IMG/VR virus record: IMGVR_UViG_3300033148_003376
Coordinates: 1-64,000 of that record
From: a virus
Length of the DNA: 64,000 nt
Reading direction: 5' to 3' (one strand)
Shown here piece after piece: positions 1 through 9,568 of this stretch. Numbering within the stretch: position 1 is the first letter of the stretch; the number at the start of each line of letters is the position of its first letter. The position numbers were made by a program, and so were the translations under genes. The notes beneath the pieces are model-generated. The model did no database searches. It was given only the letters and a program-made list of their open reading frames with translations, and had not been told where the DNA came from.

Positions 1-97
1 CAAACCGACCAAGGCGAGTGCCATGGCGATGCTCAGAGGATGGATCAGACGAAAGAACAGTCTTATAAAACACGCGTCTAACCTGACGAGGTGAAAC

Positions 98-964
98 ATG
101 TTCTCAGAACGTGGTGTACTTGACCCAAAAGACTTCAAATCTCTCGAAGAAGATCGAGACCAGATCAAACTCTACCTTGACGAATTTGTTAGGATCTCGA
201 ACAAACTCAATGATCTGACTCGTCCGTATGACTTCCGTTTTACCAGTCAGATGAAGGAAATCGCGAACTATCCAGACGCTAAGAGGGTATCTGATTACAT
301 CAAAGCAGCCATGCACGGTGTTGATGTCGGAATGTGGACCCAAGCCATCAATACGAGTGGAATAGACCAACTCGTTACGTGTAAATCTCTCGACAAAATG
401 CGAGAACAGATCAAAGAACAAGCTCCTCCATTTTCGGCAGACATGGCCGATGTCTTCGTCGAAGATCTAATCGGTAAAGCCGATGGAATCTCTCGTGGTG
501 CTGTGAAGGAAGTCCTGGAGACCATCACACAGACGATTTTCACTCGTGGTGGTAGCAATGCATCCTATCGGAACAACGACGAGCACCGTTCGTCCTATCG
601 TATCGAGAAGAGTTTTCGGTTCTCCCATTTCCGATGTGGCGTCGGTGAGTACGGACCTAACAGGTTCTGTCACTACTATGACGAGAAAGAGTTCTCCTTC
701 TTCAACGATCTCGAAATGGTATGCTTTGCAGTCAACAACCGACCCAAGCCAGAATATCCAGATCGATTCGGCGATGAGGTTAAAAAAGGAATCAATGTCC
801 ATAGTGCCAAGGAGCTTCGACTGGAGTATAAAACAGACTATTTCAAAGTGAAAATCTTCAAGAACGGCAACGTGAAGATAGATTTCGTTGATGAGAAGAC
901 GTTGAACACGATTAACGCGTGGGGAGCTGATCATAGCTCCATAGCGTCGAGTTTGTTCGGGTAA
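98..964 (+). CDS. DUF4942-like protein
   Basis: 288 aa; C-terminal YFKVKIFKNGNVKIDF and DLEMVCFAVNNRP resemble DUF4942. Confidence 0.6.
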   Translation: MFSERGVLDPKDFKSLEEDRDQIKLYLDEFVRISNKLNDLTRPYDFRFTSQMKEIANYPDAKRVSDYIKAAMHGVDVGMWTQAINTSGIDQLVTCKSLDKMREQIKEQAPPFSADMADVFVEDLIGKADGISRGAVKEVLETITQTIFTRGGSNASYRNNDEHRSSYRIEKSFRFSHFRCGVGEYGPNRFCHYYDEKEFSFFNDLEMVCFAVNNRPKPEYPDRFGDEVKKGINVHSAKELRLEYKTDYFKVKIFKNGNVKIDFVDEKTLNTINAWGADHSSIASSLFG

Positions 965-1050
965 GAGAGTCTTAGTATTGACCTTCGTTAGAACTCCTAG
1001 AAAGCCTTCTCAGAACGTCTTACAACGGCGATTTTCTTTCTCGATTATCC

Positions 1051-1110
1051 TTGACAAGCACACCATAGTTTGTTATACTTAAAGAGTGGTCAGGGTTTTG
1101 AGTCTTTTTT
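1051..1110 (+). promoter_or_regulatory. Early sigma70 promoter cassette, copy 1
   Basis: TTGACA 1051-1056, 17-nt spacer, TGnTATACT (TATACT 1074-1079), then AAAGAGTGGTCAGGG. Confidence 0.9.
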
Positions 1111-1124
1111 CGGGAGAACCTGTT

Positions 1125-1346
1125 ATGTTTGCAAGTTTCAATGAGCAAGGAAACAAAGAATGTCATGAGACTCTCTACGAAGCCTGTAGAGACATCGTCG
1201 GGGTACCCAATGGTCTTGCCATGGCTCTTCAGAGTCTCAGGTCCCACACGCGTCTCGTCGCGTTCTGGTGCAGTTGGGAAAACAAGATCAAAGTTGGGTT
1301 CCAGGCAAGTGAATACGAACGTCAACTGATCAAAGAATGGTTCTAG
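1125..1346 (+). CDS. Hypothetical early protein
   Basis: ATG after GGGAGA, downstream of the promoter. Confidence 0.55.
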   Translation: MFASFNEQGNKECHETLYEACRDIVGVPNGLAMALQSLRSHTRLVAFWCSWENKIKVGFQASEYERQLIKEWF

Positions 1347-1356
1347 GAGATCTACG

Positions 1357-1656
1357 ATGATGAACGTCAAATGTCAAACCAGGAAAATCATGGTCGTATC
1401 GCCAGCCAGTGGCAATTACGTAAATGGTACTGAGTACACGTTCGAGTATCGCGGGGAAGTTGTTCTCGCTGAGACCGCGTATGGTCACGAGTACGACGCG
1501 TCCACTGGGAAAGACAAGTACGAACGGATCATCCGAAGTAGTCGGTGTGGATACCTCGGAACGAACAAAGAGGTAGCGTGTCGGGTTGTCAAGAGAATCA
1601 TCGATGAAATGCTGAACAAAGAATCCCAAGAGTGTCGATGTCGTTGCAATTCGTAA
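1357..1656 (+). CDS. Hypothetical early protein
   Basis: AGGAG RBS; packed operon. Confidence 0.65.
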   Translation: MMNVKCQTRKIMVVSPASGNYVNGTEYTFEYRGEVVLAETAYGHEYDASTGKDKYERIIRSSRCGYLGTNKEVACRVVKRIIDEMLNKESQECRCRCNS

Positions 1657-1666
1657 AGAGGTTATC

Positions 1667-1903
1667 ATGGAATGTCCGGTAGAAAAGAAGAAGGAATATT
1701 ACAGGGGTTTACTGAAAGACTGTGTCAAAGCCGGGATCATGGGAAAAATAGTCGATCGGTATTATGTGGTCTACAAAGCAGTCAAGTCGACGGAGAAAGC
1801 CAAACTTTTGACGAAGACTATCTTCCAGCTAACCGAAGTCGGTCACGAGACGGTAGGAGTCACTGCAGATCGTGAAGGAATGCCTCAGTTTTTCATAGAC
1901 TAA
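1667..1903 (+). CDS. Hypothetical early protein
   Basis: GAGG RBS; packed operon. Confidence 0.65.
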   Translation: MECPVEKKKEYYRGLLKDCVKAGIMGKIVDRYYVVYKAVKSTEKAKLLTKTIFQLTEVGHETVGVTADREGMPQFFID

Positions 1904-1918
1904 TACAAGGAAGTCATC

Positions 1919-2107
1919 ATGCTCGGTCCCAGGATCAATAACACCTATAAGTCTTTCTCTCCTGAGAAAGCCGAACAGGTTGCCGCTGAGTTGAACGCAG
2001 TCGAAGATGACGACTGGACCTACGTGGTCCGTCACGATCCCAAAGGCACCGGATATTCTTTCATCGAAGTCTACGATGAAGATGGTTATCTCATTGGCAA
2101 ATGGTAA
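1919..2107 (+). CDS. Hypothetical small acidic protein
   Basis: AAGGA RBS; 62 aa. Confidence 0.65.
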   Translation: MLGPRINNTYKSFSPEKAEQVAAELNAVEDDDWTYVVRHDPKGTGYSFIEVYDEDGYLIGKW

Positions 2108-2118
2108 GGAGAATTGCC

Positions 2119-2430
2119 ATGCAAAGGACTCTCAAGAAAGATCTGAAGCTGAAAAGCGGTGAGACGATATCTAAGGGTACGCTCGTAAATATTTCGTTCT
2201 CTGACTATCTCGTTGTCCTGGAGACTGAATCTGGTAGAACGATCAGGATCAAAGCGTCGGGTGCGTACCGATATCTTCGAGGGTTCGACAAGCCACCGAC
2301 CATGCCTGAACTCGAACGTATGCTCAACGACGCGATTTGTGAGACAGTCACTGGAGAGACTCAGATTGAACCCGACGGATATGGTCTGGACGGATCCCCG
2401 GCTTGGCCGATCGCACTGGGAATCATTTGA
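2119..2430 (+). CDS. Hypothetical protein whose stop codon overlaps the IS right end
   Basis: AAGGAG RBS; C-terminal IEPDGYGLDGSPAW. Confidence 0.7.
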   Translation: MQRTLKKDLKLKSGETISKGTLVNISFSDYLVVLETESGRTIRIKASGAYRYLRGFDKPPTMPELERMLNDAICETVTGETQIEPDGYGLDGSPAWPIALGII

Positions 2431-2600
2431 CATACTCCCATGACTAAAGTCATGAGATTCCGGGTTCAAACAAGAGTTGCCAACAAAGTTGGTCTTATAC
2501 TCTCTAGTCCGAGAGAAGATGCCCCTTCTCTTTTCAAATTCATTCCAGCGTTCTGATCCCGGTCGTGCTTTGTTTGGCACCCCTGACATGTCCAAATACA
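2427..2600 (-). ncRNA. Predicted TnpB omegaRNA (reRNA) scaffold
   Basis: Right-end hairpin 2436-2457 and terminal TCAA; overlap with the tnpB 3' end is expected for the family; 5' boundary is approximate. Confidence 0.55.
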
Positions 2601-3611
2601 GTCTCTCAATGAAAGATTCTCGTTTATCCATCCACAGTAAGAACACGTCTTCGAAGATGGATAAAATTGATCTGCTTGCCAAAGTGTAGAACCGAGTTTG
2701 TTGCACATGTGTTGTAGAATCAAAACAAAGTCCGAGAAGCCAAGATCTGATATTTTTCTTCCCCACAGCTTTTTCATAGCACCGATATTCAAAGTTTCGA
2801 TGCAGATCACGTCGAAATCAAGCGCAAGTCGTCGAGTCAATTTGAAATGAAAATCTCGTCTTTGATTGACGATCTTTCGGTGAACTCTTGCAAAACTCAA
2901 GACAGCCTTTCGTCTGTTGTTCGATCCTTTCTTTTTGGATGATACTATTTTACTGGCTACTTTTACCCTATTTGACCCGATTTTGAAAAACTGTGGAGAT
3001 CGTATTTTTTCCCCTGTGCTAGACGTGAGAAATGTCTTGAGACCAAAATCAAACCCCTCAATTTTACCTGTAGAAGTTCGTTCAATCTTTGGTTTCTCTA
3101 CCCTGTCACAAGAGAAAAACAGATAAACATCTCCTAAAGTATCTCGTTTGATAGTCACCGTCTTAATTTTACCCTCTATTTCACGAGACTTCGAATATTT
3201 ATAAACCCTATTTCCAATGCGGATCTTATTATCATCTAGTAACTTGTATCCGCACTGTTTCAGAGTAAAGGATTTGTATTTGGACTTTTTCTTGAAAGAT
3301 GGTGGACGGTACCGTTTTTCACATCTTTTTAAACTTTTGAAAAATAAACGATAAGCACGGTCAACTCGTTCCACAATGTCTTGAATTGTTTGAGATCCTA
3401 AATCGTTCCAATACCGAAATCGCTTTATCTTTTTGTAACGGGTAAAATGTTTTTGAATTTCATACTTAGACGGGTACTTTCCAAACAATCTGTAATATGT
3501 TTTATGTAGGGCAATGAGATGGTTATAAATAGAAGATGCAAGGTTTATCTGTCGATGTAAACCTTTTATACTTTTTGACTTATAAAGTTTAAATTTAAAA
3601 GACTTTCTCAT
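2466..3611 (-). CDS. tnpB: RNA-guided endonuclease TnpB
   Basis: N-terminal FKFKLY; RuvC D (GFDFGLK), E (CIETLN), D (HDRDQNA); CxxC-CxxC zinc finger. Confidence 0.95.
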   Translation of the reverse strand: MRKSFKFKLYKSKSIKGLHRQINLASSIYNHLIALHKTYYRLFGKYPSKYEIQKHFTRYKKIKRFRYWNDLGSQTIQDIVERVDRAYRLFFKSLKRCEKRYRPPSFKKKSKYKSFTLKQCGYKLLDDNKIRIGNRVYKYSKSREIEGKIKTVTIKRDTLGDVYLFFSCDRVEKPKIERTSTGKIEGFDFGLKTFLTSSTGEKIRSPQFFKIGSNRVKVASKIVSSKKKGSNNRRKAVLSFARVHRKIVNQRRDFHFKLTRRLALDFDVICIETLNIGAMKKLWGRKISDLGFSDFVLILQHMCNKLGSTLWQADQFYPSSKTCSYCGWINENLSLRDCIWTCQGCQTKHDRDQNAGMNLKREGASSLGLESIRPTLLATLV

Positions 3612-3703
3612 CTACTCTTTTGACCATTTATGTATTTTTCAACGATCTTTTGCGATAATAGTCGTGTATCATGATAAATAATTTTACACAATAGATATTA
3701 TCC

Positions 3704-3760
3704 TTGACAAACACATTATAGTTTGTTATACTTAAAGAGTGGTCAAGGGTTTGAGTCTTT
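3704..3760 (+). promoter_or_regulatory. Early promoter cassette, copy 2
   Basis: TTGACA 3704, TATACT 3727, AAAGAGTGGTCA. Confidence 0.9.
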
Positions 3761-3778
3761 TCTTCAGGGGGGAATCAA

Positions 3779-3997
3779 ATGGAACACTCAAATCTACTCA
3801 AACGAGTGAAACAACAGTGGGAAGAAACGGCCAAGGAAACTATCGAGGTCGAGCAAATCAAAGGTGCAATCTATGGATTCGGCACTGAATTGGCTGTTCT
3901 TCGAATCGAACACGGGTACAGAGGGTCAAATCCCGAGAAAGTCAGAGCTGGATACAGCGAGAACATGAAATCGTGGTATTTCGTACTCGAAATCTGA
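3779..3997 (+). CDS. Hypothetical early protein
   Basis: First ORF after the promoter; G-rich RBS. Confidence 0.7.
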   Translation: MEHSNLLKRVKQQWEETAKETIEVEQIKGAIYGFGTELAVLRIEHGYRGSNPEKVRAGYSENMKSWYFVLEI

Positions 3998-4009
3998 AAG
4001 GAACTTCCA

Positions 4010-4312
4010 ATGAAGCGTGTATTCGTGAAGGGTGGTCGAAAAGGTACCGTAGTCGAGGTCACTAGTACGTTTACCGACAGCAAAGGTGTGAAACATATTG
4101 TATTGTCCAACCCTGAAACCGGTCATGACGTATGCCGAGTAACGAAAGAGGAATTCGAGGAATACTTGGAACCGGTCGATAAAAATCTGAAAAATGCTCA
4201 AAAAATCCTCATGGAGCTGTGCAATCCAGAGCGTCTTATCGATCCACCGATATGGCCTTGTGTCGACGAGAAAATGGATTGTCCATTTTATCCATGTAAA
4301 TACGTGGGGTAA
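4010..4312 (+). CDS. Hypothetical protein
   Basis: RBS; Cys-rich C-terminus. Confidence 0.6.
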   Translation: MKRVFVKGGRKGTVVEVTSTFTDSKGVKHIVLSNPETGHDVCRVTKEEFEEYLEPVDKNLKNAQKILMELCNPERLIDPPIWPCVDEKMDCPFYPCKYVG

Positions 4313-4317
4313 ACACC

Positions 4318-4641
4318 ATGTCTGAAATACTCTGGTCAATGGGACACGAACCAATCTATCGCGAGATGCTCTCCAAGGACTTTCACTTCATCAAAGAGTA
4401 CCAGTTCTGGGGTCATTGTCCGACTTATAAGAATGACAAGGGAGAACTTCGCTTCGTCGAGAGAGTAGCTTACGAAGACAAATCAGTTCTCGAAGTTATG
4501 GACTGGCCACAGATGAGAGAACATCTCGCCGAGTATTGGGAACCAAGGACACAAGAGGAACTTCAATGGTATTACCTGAATATCGAGAAGAACTTCGGAT
4601 ACAACAAAGACTATATGAAACTCCAAAAATCTCCTCAGTAA
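4318..4641 (+). CDS. Hypothetical protein
   Basis: Packed operon. Confidence 0.6.
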   Translation: MSEILWSMGHEPIYREMLSKDFHFIKEYQFWGHCPTYKNDKGELRFVERVAYEDKSVLEVMDWPQMREHLAEYWEPRTQEELQWYYLNIEKNFGYNKDYMKLQKSPQ

Positions 4642-4666
4642 ACTCTTGTCGATTTCTCCTTATTAT

Positions 4667-4730
4667 CCTTGACAAACACACCATAGTTTGTTATACTTAA
4701 AGAGTGGTCAGGGTTTTCACTCTTTCTCGG
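4667..4730 (+). promoter_or_regulatory. Early promoter cassette, copy 3, with leader hairpin
   Basis: TTGACA 4669, TATACT 4692; stem AAAGAGTG...CACTCTTT. Confidence 0.9.
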
Positions 4731-4738
4731 AGATTCCC

Positions 4739-5092
4739 ATGAAACTCGTAACAAAAGAACTCGAAAACAAAACCCCAACTCTCTATGAGCAAGACGGGAA
4801 AGGCGAAGAAGCTATCGTCTATTTCAAACTCTTCGCCCCGTGGACCAGTTGGACATGGTATGTCACCGAATACGATCCAGGTCAGAGGCTTTGTTTCGGT
4901 CTCGTCGTGGGACAGGAAACCGAACTGGGATATTTCAGTCTCGAAGAGCTGGAGTCGGTCAATGGTCCTTTCGGTCTCAAGATAGAACGAGATCTGTATT
5001 TCTCGCCGACGAGTCTCGGTGAATGTCGTGCTCTGCATGAGCCGAAGAGGGAACCTGAATTGACTACGGAAGAAGCCGCGTTCAACGCGTGA
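4739..5092 (+). CDS. DUF2958 domain protein
   Basis: KLFAPWTSWTWYVTEYD...FGLVVGQETELGYFSLEELESV...IERDLYF. Confidence 0.85.
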   Translation: MKLVTKELENKTPTLYEQDGKGEEAIVYFKLFAPWTSWTWYVTEYDPGQRLCFGLVVGQETELGYFSLEELESVNGPFGLKIERDLYFSPTSLGECRALHEPKREPELTTEEAAFNA

Positions 5093-5126
5093 AACGAGGA
5101 GTAATGACAAAAAAGGAGAATAAGAA

Positions 5127-5393
5127 ATGGCAATTCTCAACACAAAAGGTCAAATGGTGGATATTACAGTCACAACGACTCTCGGTGAGACATTTACCGA
5201 AGCAGATACGATTACATTGGCCAGACTGATCATGAAAAGATTCGGTCATAACGATGTCACCGCAGCCGAAGCATGGCAACGTCTGTTACAAAATAACATT
5301 TCGCTCGAAGATTTTCAGTCTTTGGTTCAAGGTGTTCGAGTCTCGAAGGATTGGAACCCTGTCAAAGATTGTTATGAAGTAGCGAAGAAATGA
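5127..5393 (+). CDS. Hypothetical protein
   Basis: AAGGAG RBS. Confidence 0.65.
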   Translation: MAILNTKGQMVDITVTTTLGETFTEADTITLARLIMKRFGHNDVTAAEAWQRLLQNNISLEDFQSLVQGVRVSKDWNPVKDCYEVAKK

Positions 5394-5599
5394 GTGAATC
5401 TGATTACACCTGTAACAAATGCAAGGAACTAACAGCGAAATTAAATACGTTTCGTCATGTAGAGAATCCCATAAACTGTGCGTTATGTGCATTTGAGTGT
5501 CGTGGTAAATGTACACTGTATGACCTCAATATCCTTGAGTTCGATAAGGTTCACAAAAGGTGTAAATTACGCTCTATTTTCATAGTCGAAAAACCTTGA
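5390..5599 (+). CDS. Cys-rich hypothetical protein
   Basis: ATGA overlap with the previous gene; CxxC motifs. Confidence 0.5.
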   Translation: MSESDYTCNKCKELTAKLNTFRHVENPINCALCAFECRGKCTLYDLNILEFDKVHKRCKLRSIFIVEKP

Positions 5600-5640
5600 C
5601 AAACACACTCTAATTTGTTATACTTAAAGAGTGGTCAGGA
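5596..5640 (+). promoter_or_regulatory. Early promoter cassette, copy 4 (spacer allele B)
   Basis: TTGACA 5596, TATACT 5619, AAAGAGTGGTCAGG. Confidence 0.9.
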
Positions 5641-5663
5641 TTTGTATCAAGGAAAGGTATCAA

Positions 5664-6602
5664 ATGAACACCGACATTCTCGAAACAAACAATCTTGTCA
5701 TCGAAGAAACGATGACTACACCAACGCGACCGGGTAAGTCTCCACGTCCAGTATGGGTAGTGTCCGGTTCAACAAGACTTTTCGAAGAATTGTTCAGAGA
5801 TCTCGGTGGTCGAAAGTTTCGTGGGAACTGGTCGTTCTGGGAGGATCCTACTGAAGATATCGTTGAGCGAATCGACGAGAAGCAATCGATTGGAGAGTCA
5901 ATCGAGAGTCAAAACGAGAGGAAACTGGAGAAAGCCAGCCGTTTTGAAGGTTACGCTGAAAACGCCGAAACCAGGTCGAAATCTGCATTCGGATCCGCTG
6001 ACAGGATCGCGGGTGGAATTCCTATGGGCCAACCGATTCTCGTAGGACATCATTCAGAGAAGAGAGCACGTCGAGATCAAGAGAAGATCGTCAATGGTAT
6101 GAACAAAGGCTGTGAAGAACAGAAGAAATCTGAGCACTACACAGGTAGAGCATTTGATCTTCGTCGACAAGCCGAGTCGGGAAAGAATCTCAGACAGATC
6201 CAAAACCAGATAGAAAAATATCAAAAAGAAGCCAATCAGTACAAAAGATGTCTCAACGGTCAATACTATGCCTATTCTGAACCCTCGGAGATCTCCCCGG
6301 AGACACATGAGAAATACACGAAATTACTCGAAGAGTCTCAAGGGTACCTGGACTATTGGCAAGAGCAGAAACGACTCAAAGAGGAAACCCTGACTGCGTC
6401 AGGACGAAAGATAGCAACCTCCGAGTCAGTCAAAAAAGGAATGTGGGTGGAAGCCAGCGTGTGGGGCTGGAACGAAGTCATCCGAGTCAACAAGAAGTCG
6501 GTCTCGGTCAGACGGTACTGGCACGAACAGGATACCGAAGGACATAGCCAGACGGTCAGATACTCCGACATCACCGATTTCAGGGAGAAAAAGGAACTAT
6601 GA
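5664..6602 (+). CDS. DUF3560 domain protein
   Basis: IPMGQPILVGHHSEKRARRD signature; C-terminal VIRVNKKSVSV. Confidence 0.85.
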   Translation: MNTDILETNNLVIEETMTTPTRPGKSPRPVWVVSGSTRLFEELFRDLGGRKFRGNWSFWEDPTEDIVERIDEKQSIGESIESQNERKLEKASRFEGYAENAETRSKSAFGSADRIAGGIPMGQPILVGHHSEKRARRDQEKIVNGMNKGCEEQKKSEHYTGRAFDLRRQAESGKNLRQIQNQIEKYQKEANQYKRCLNGQYYAYSEPSEISPETHEKYTKLLEESQGYLDYWQEQKRLKEETLTASGRKIATSESVKKGMWVEASVWGWNEVIRVNKKSVSVRRYWHEQDTEGHSQTVRYSDITDFREKKEL

Positions 6603-6850
6603 GCAAGCATTCACTATCACCCTGGCAAACACTTGAGTTTGGAGTTCTTTCGAAGGACGGTAGACTCATAGCTACCATGACGACATCGCTTTCGCTACCT
6701 TCTACCGAGTCTCGAATGAGAGCAGATCAGACACTAATGACAACAGCCCCGGAGCTAGCGTGGGCGGTCGAGATGTTACTCAATCATCCGGATAGCCAAC
6801 GCACAAAGGATCAAGCGAAAGCGATCCTGAAAAGGGCAAAGGGAACGTAA
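6599..6850 (+). CDS. Hypothetical protein
   Basis: PW...LMTTAPELA motif, common in phage small proteins. Confidence 0.6.
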   Translation: MSKHSLSPWQTLEFGVLSKDGRLIATMTTSLSLPSTESRMRADQTLMTTAPELAWAVEMLLNHPDSQRTKDQAKAILKRAKGT

Positions 6851-6851
6851 A

Positions 6852-7151
6852 ATGAGTAAATCAAATCCAGATTCCAGACAGATCACTGAATATGAAATAC
6901 TCATGCTCCGTCGTCTGAAAGATATTAATCTCAGTGAATTTGAACAGAAAATGGTTGACACCCTATGTGCCTGGGTTCAGCGATACGGGGGTGAAACTAA
7001 AATTACGAATAAACAAGGTAAACTTTTGAAAGGATTCTATGCTAAGTGGCAAATCGTCAACGACTGGACAATCGACGAGAAAATCATCAAGTGTCCTAAT
7101 TGTGACACCTTGATGAATGCAATCGGGGACGAAATCGTAAAAGGAGAATGA
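6852..7151 (+). CDS. Hypothetical protein
   Basis: Packed operon; CPNC. Confidence 0.55.
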   Translation: MSKSNPDSRQITEYEILMLRRLKDINLSEFEQKMVDTLCAWVQRYGGETKITNKQGKLLKGFYAKWQIVNDWTIDEKIIKCPNCDTLMNAIGDEIVKGE

Positions 7152-7152
7152 A

Positions 7153-7431
7153 ATGATGACGAAGTTCAATTTCGAGAAATTCGTCCAAGAAAGAAGTAAG
7201 ACGCCACATGAGTATTTTCATGAAATCGTTGGTCGATTCATTCTCGAAATTGAACATGATGATCATATTAATGAGGTTTTCAAAGAGATTGACACCGTGG
7301 TATTCAAGTTGGTTGACAAACAAATTGAAAGTCTTCAGAACGAGATCAAAGAGCTAAAAATGAAACTTCGACGCACTCAGAGTCAGGCGCGTGGTTATGG
7401 GATGGCTTTGAGTGCTAGAAAAAGGAAATAA
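7153..7431 (+). CDS. Hypothetical coiled-coil protein
   Basis: AAGGAG RBS. Confidence 0.55.
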   Translation: MMTKFNFEKFVQERSKTPHEYFHEIVGRFILEIEHDDHINEVFKEIDTVVFKLVDKQIESLQNEIKELKMKLRRTQSQARGYGMALSARKRK

Positions 7432-7445
7432 ACCAAGGAGTTTTT

Positions 7446-8117
7446 ATGTCAATACGTGATGAATCTGAATGGGAAAGACACGAGAGTTACGGGATGCTTC
7501 GTTTCAGTCGGATCACAGGTAGTAGTTCAAGACTATTCGGATCCTCGATCAACCACGGATTCTCGATAGAATTTCAGCTTTTCCCAGGAAGGGTTAACCG
7601 ATCTCATCACGAAAACATGTATTCGCGGGACGGTATGAAACCAATCGCGGTTGCTCGTATGAGTCCTGCTCAATTTGCGACTCTTCTTACCAGCATGGAA
7701 GCAAGTGAGGGAGTTCCCGTAACGATCACTCGGGTTGGCGGTAAAGCAATGGAACCACCACCATTCAGGGATGAAAATGCCCAGACCGTTGCCGAATTCG
7801 AAGAACGTATGGACGAAGTTCTTGGGAAAATCAACTCGGTTAAAGACGAGGTCATCAAGATCCTCGATGAGAGGAAACTTCCGAAGGGTTTCAAGGAAAG
7901 AGTTCTTTCCAAGATCGAAGATATCATGACCGAGATGCGATACAACTTACCATTCGTTGGTGAGCAGTTCCAACGGACAGTTGAGAAGACAGTCATCGAG
8001 GCAAAAGCAGAGGTCGATTCGTTCATCACTGCAGCAATTCAAAAAACCGGAATCGCGGCACTGAGGAAGAAAGATCGCGTTATGCTTCCGACTATCGATA
8101 TAGGAGACGACGACTAA
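7446..8117 (+). CDS. Conserved phage hypothetical protein
   Basis: HESYGMLRFSR...LFGSSI...GVPVTI; strong RBS. Confidence 0.75.
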   Translation: MSIRDESEWERHESYGMLRFSRITGSSSRLFGSSINHGFSIEFQLFPGRVNRSHHENMYSRDGMKPIAVARMSPAQFATLLTSMEASEGVPVTITRVGGKAMEPPPFRDENAQTVAEFEERMDEVLGKINSVKDEVIKILDERKLPKGFKERVLSKIEDIMTEMRYNLPFVGEQFQRTVEKTVIEAKAEVDSFITAAIQKTGIAALRKKDRVMLPTIDIGDDD

Positions 8118-8166
8118 ATCTAAGAAATCAGGCGTTGTCAGGACATTATCACAAGGAGAAATTACC

Positions 8167-8535
8167 ATGGGGGATACCTACAAGAAGGTTATGAAACAAC
8201 TTACACCAGAACAACGTCGAGTGATTGGTATATCGTCTACACCACGCCGTAAAACCGATATTAAGACCAAGTTCATCGAACAGTTCGAGACCTTTCAAAA
8301 TGTCGGCATGTACGAGAAATCTACTCTGAGCCAAAGAAAACCATCGTGTTTCAACGGAACGACTAAAGTCAAACGCTATCGGATCACGATCGAAGAGATC
8401 ATCGAACCCATCGAGGTCTATCAAGAACGTCTTCAGAAGCTCTATGACGATCCAAAGACGGGACACTCGGATGATCGGACATCGATCAAAAGAACAGCCA
8501 AGGAACTCGGGTGTAAACTGAAAAACAGTTACTAG
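8167..8535 (+). CDS. Hypothetical protein
   Basis: AAGGAG RBS; PSCFNG motif. Confidence 0.65.
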   Translation: MGDTYKKVMKQLTPEQRRVIGISSTPRRKTDIKTKFIEQFETFQNVGMYEKSTLSQRKPSCFNGTTKVKRYRITIEEIIEPIEVYQERLQKLYDDPKTGHSDDRTSIKRTAKELGCKLKNSY

Positions 8536-8551
8536 GAAAGAGTGAATATCT

Positions 8552-8842
8552 ATGAAGCAAGAACTCATCTGGATTCCACCAGCTCGTGATACCGGCGCGA
8601 TGGCGAAACGTGTACCTCCAATTCCATATGACGGACCTGTCCCGGATCGGCTCTGGACTCTCTATCTCCATTGCAATGAAAATGAAAAACCGGAACTTCC
8701 ATACAAGCCAGTCCATCATCAAAACGCGTTCATTGAAGACATGGTCCACGATTGGAACGTCCGGAATGGACATCTACGGTATTTCAGTCGAGCTATGGAA
8801 GGTGAATGCTGGGTCTTGATGGAGTTCAAAGAGAAGAAATGA
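8552..8842 (+). CDS. Hypothetical protein
   Basis: Packed ORF. Confidence 0.6.
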   Translation: MKQELIWIPPARDTGAMAKRVPPIPYDGPVPDRLWTLYLHCNENEKPELPYKPVHHQNAFIEDMVHDWNVRNGHLRYFSRAMEGECWVLMEFKEKK

Positions 8843-8855
8843 AATAATATAAATG

Positions 8856-8884
8856 TTGACATGCAAACCAGAGTTTGTTATAAT
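8856..8884 (+). promoter_or_regulatory. sigma70 promoter (variant of the cassette) upstream of the HTH gene
   Basis: TTGACA 8856, N17, TATAAT 8879; contains CAAAC-N4-GTTTG. Confidence 0.8.
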
Positions 8885-8914
8885 TAATGAAACACTCTAC
8901 CATCGGAGGGGAAA

Positions 8915-9319
8915 GTGGGAAAACTGGACGATCGCGACGTTAAAAAAGCTGTAAGGATGTACAAAAAAGGACATTCGTGTGCTGACATCGGAAAATCGTT
9001 CGAAGTAACCGATACAACGATTTGGCTTAGAATCAAAGACCTTGTCGAGATGAGACCGAACTCGGCTCCACATAACATAGAATCATTGAAGAAAAATCCA
9101 ATCCGCGACTTTCTCGAAGAACGTGGTATCAAACAAGAAATACTCGCCGACGAGATTGAAATGAGTCCGATGGCTATAAACAGTATCATTACCGGACGAT
9201 CGACGAACGTCAGACTTGCTACCTTGATCAAGATCAAAGAATCGATCGGGTGTTCATATGATGAGCTGATCGAATATCTTCGGAAATTCCTCGACGAAAA
9301 GGTGAAGAAATCGGCATGA
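8915..9319 (+). CDS. Two-HTH (XRE-like) transcription regulator
   Basis: SCADIGKSFEVTDTTI and KQEILADEIEMSPMAINSIITG helix-turn-helix motifs. Confidence 0.8.
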   Translation: MGKLDDRDVKKAVRMYKKGHSCADIGKSFEVTDTTIWLRIKDLVEMRPNSAPHNIESLKKNPIRDFLEERGIKQEILADEIEMSPMAINSIITGRSTNVRLATLIKIKESIGCSYDELIEYLRKFLDEKVKKSA

Positions 9320-9322
9320 GTC

Positions 9323-9556
9323 TTATACAGTCTGAATGTTTTTAAGAAATCCCTTGAGCTTCTTGACCTCATCGTTTGAAAGAGTCGTGTCTACCTCTAC
9401 ACAAACCTCAAATGGTATCTGACATATATTGTCACCGAAAAGGAGTCTCGCGACGTTGACGATACGAGTCTCTACGACATCTGACACATCGCGATTGAGA
9501 AGTTGCTTCAGATTGGACGTGAGTTTTTCTATGACCTGTTGTTGAAGTTCGTTCAT
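9323..9556 (-). CDS. Hypothetical protein
   Basis: AAGGA RBS on - strand. Confidence 0.55.
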   Translation of the reverse strand: MNELQQQVIEKLTSNLKQLLNRDVSDVVETRIVNVARLLFGDNICQIPFEVCVEVDTTLSNDEVKKLKGFLKNIQTV

Positions 9557-9568
9557 ATTAGTTTCCTT

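Larger units (their letters stand above)
2427..3700 (-). mobile_element. IS200/IS605-family element, IS1341-like (tnpB only)
   Basis: tnpB plus right end GAATCTCATGACTTTAGTCATGGGAGTATGTCAA on - strand; no tnpA; left boundary uncertain. Confidence 0.8.

Noticed and set aside
4688-4738. ORF starts reading MLYLKS or MVR at 1086, 4688, 5631, 20513 and 37966 as a shared peptide leader
   Set aside because: They are translations of the promoter cassette itself; proper RBS-ATG starts lie downstream
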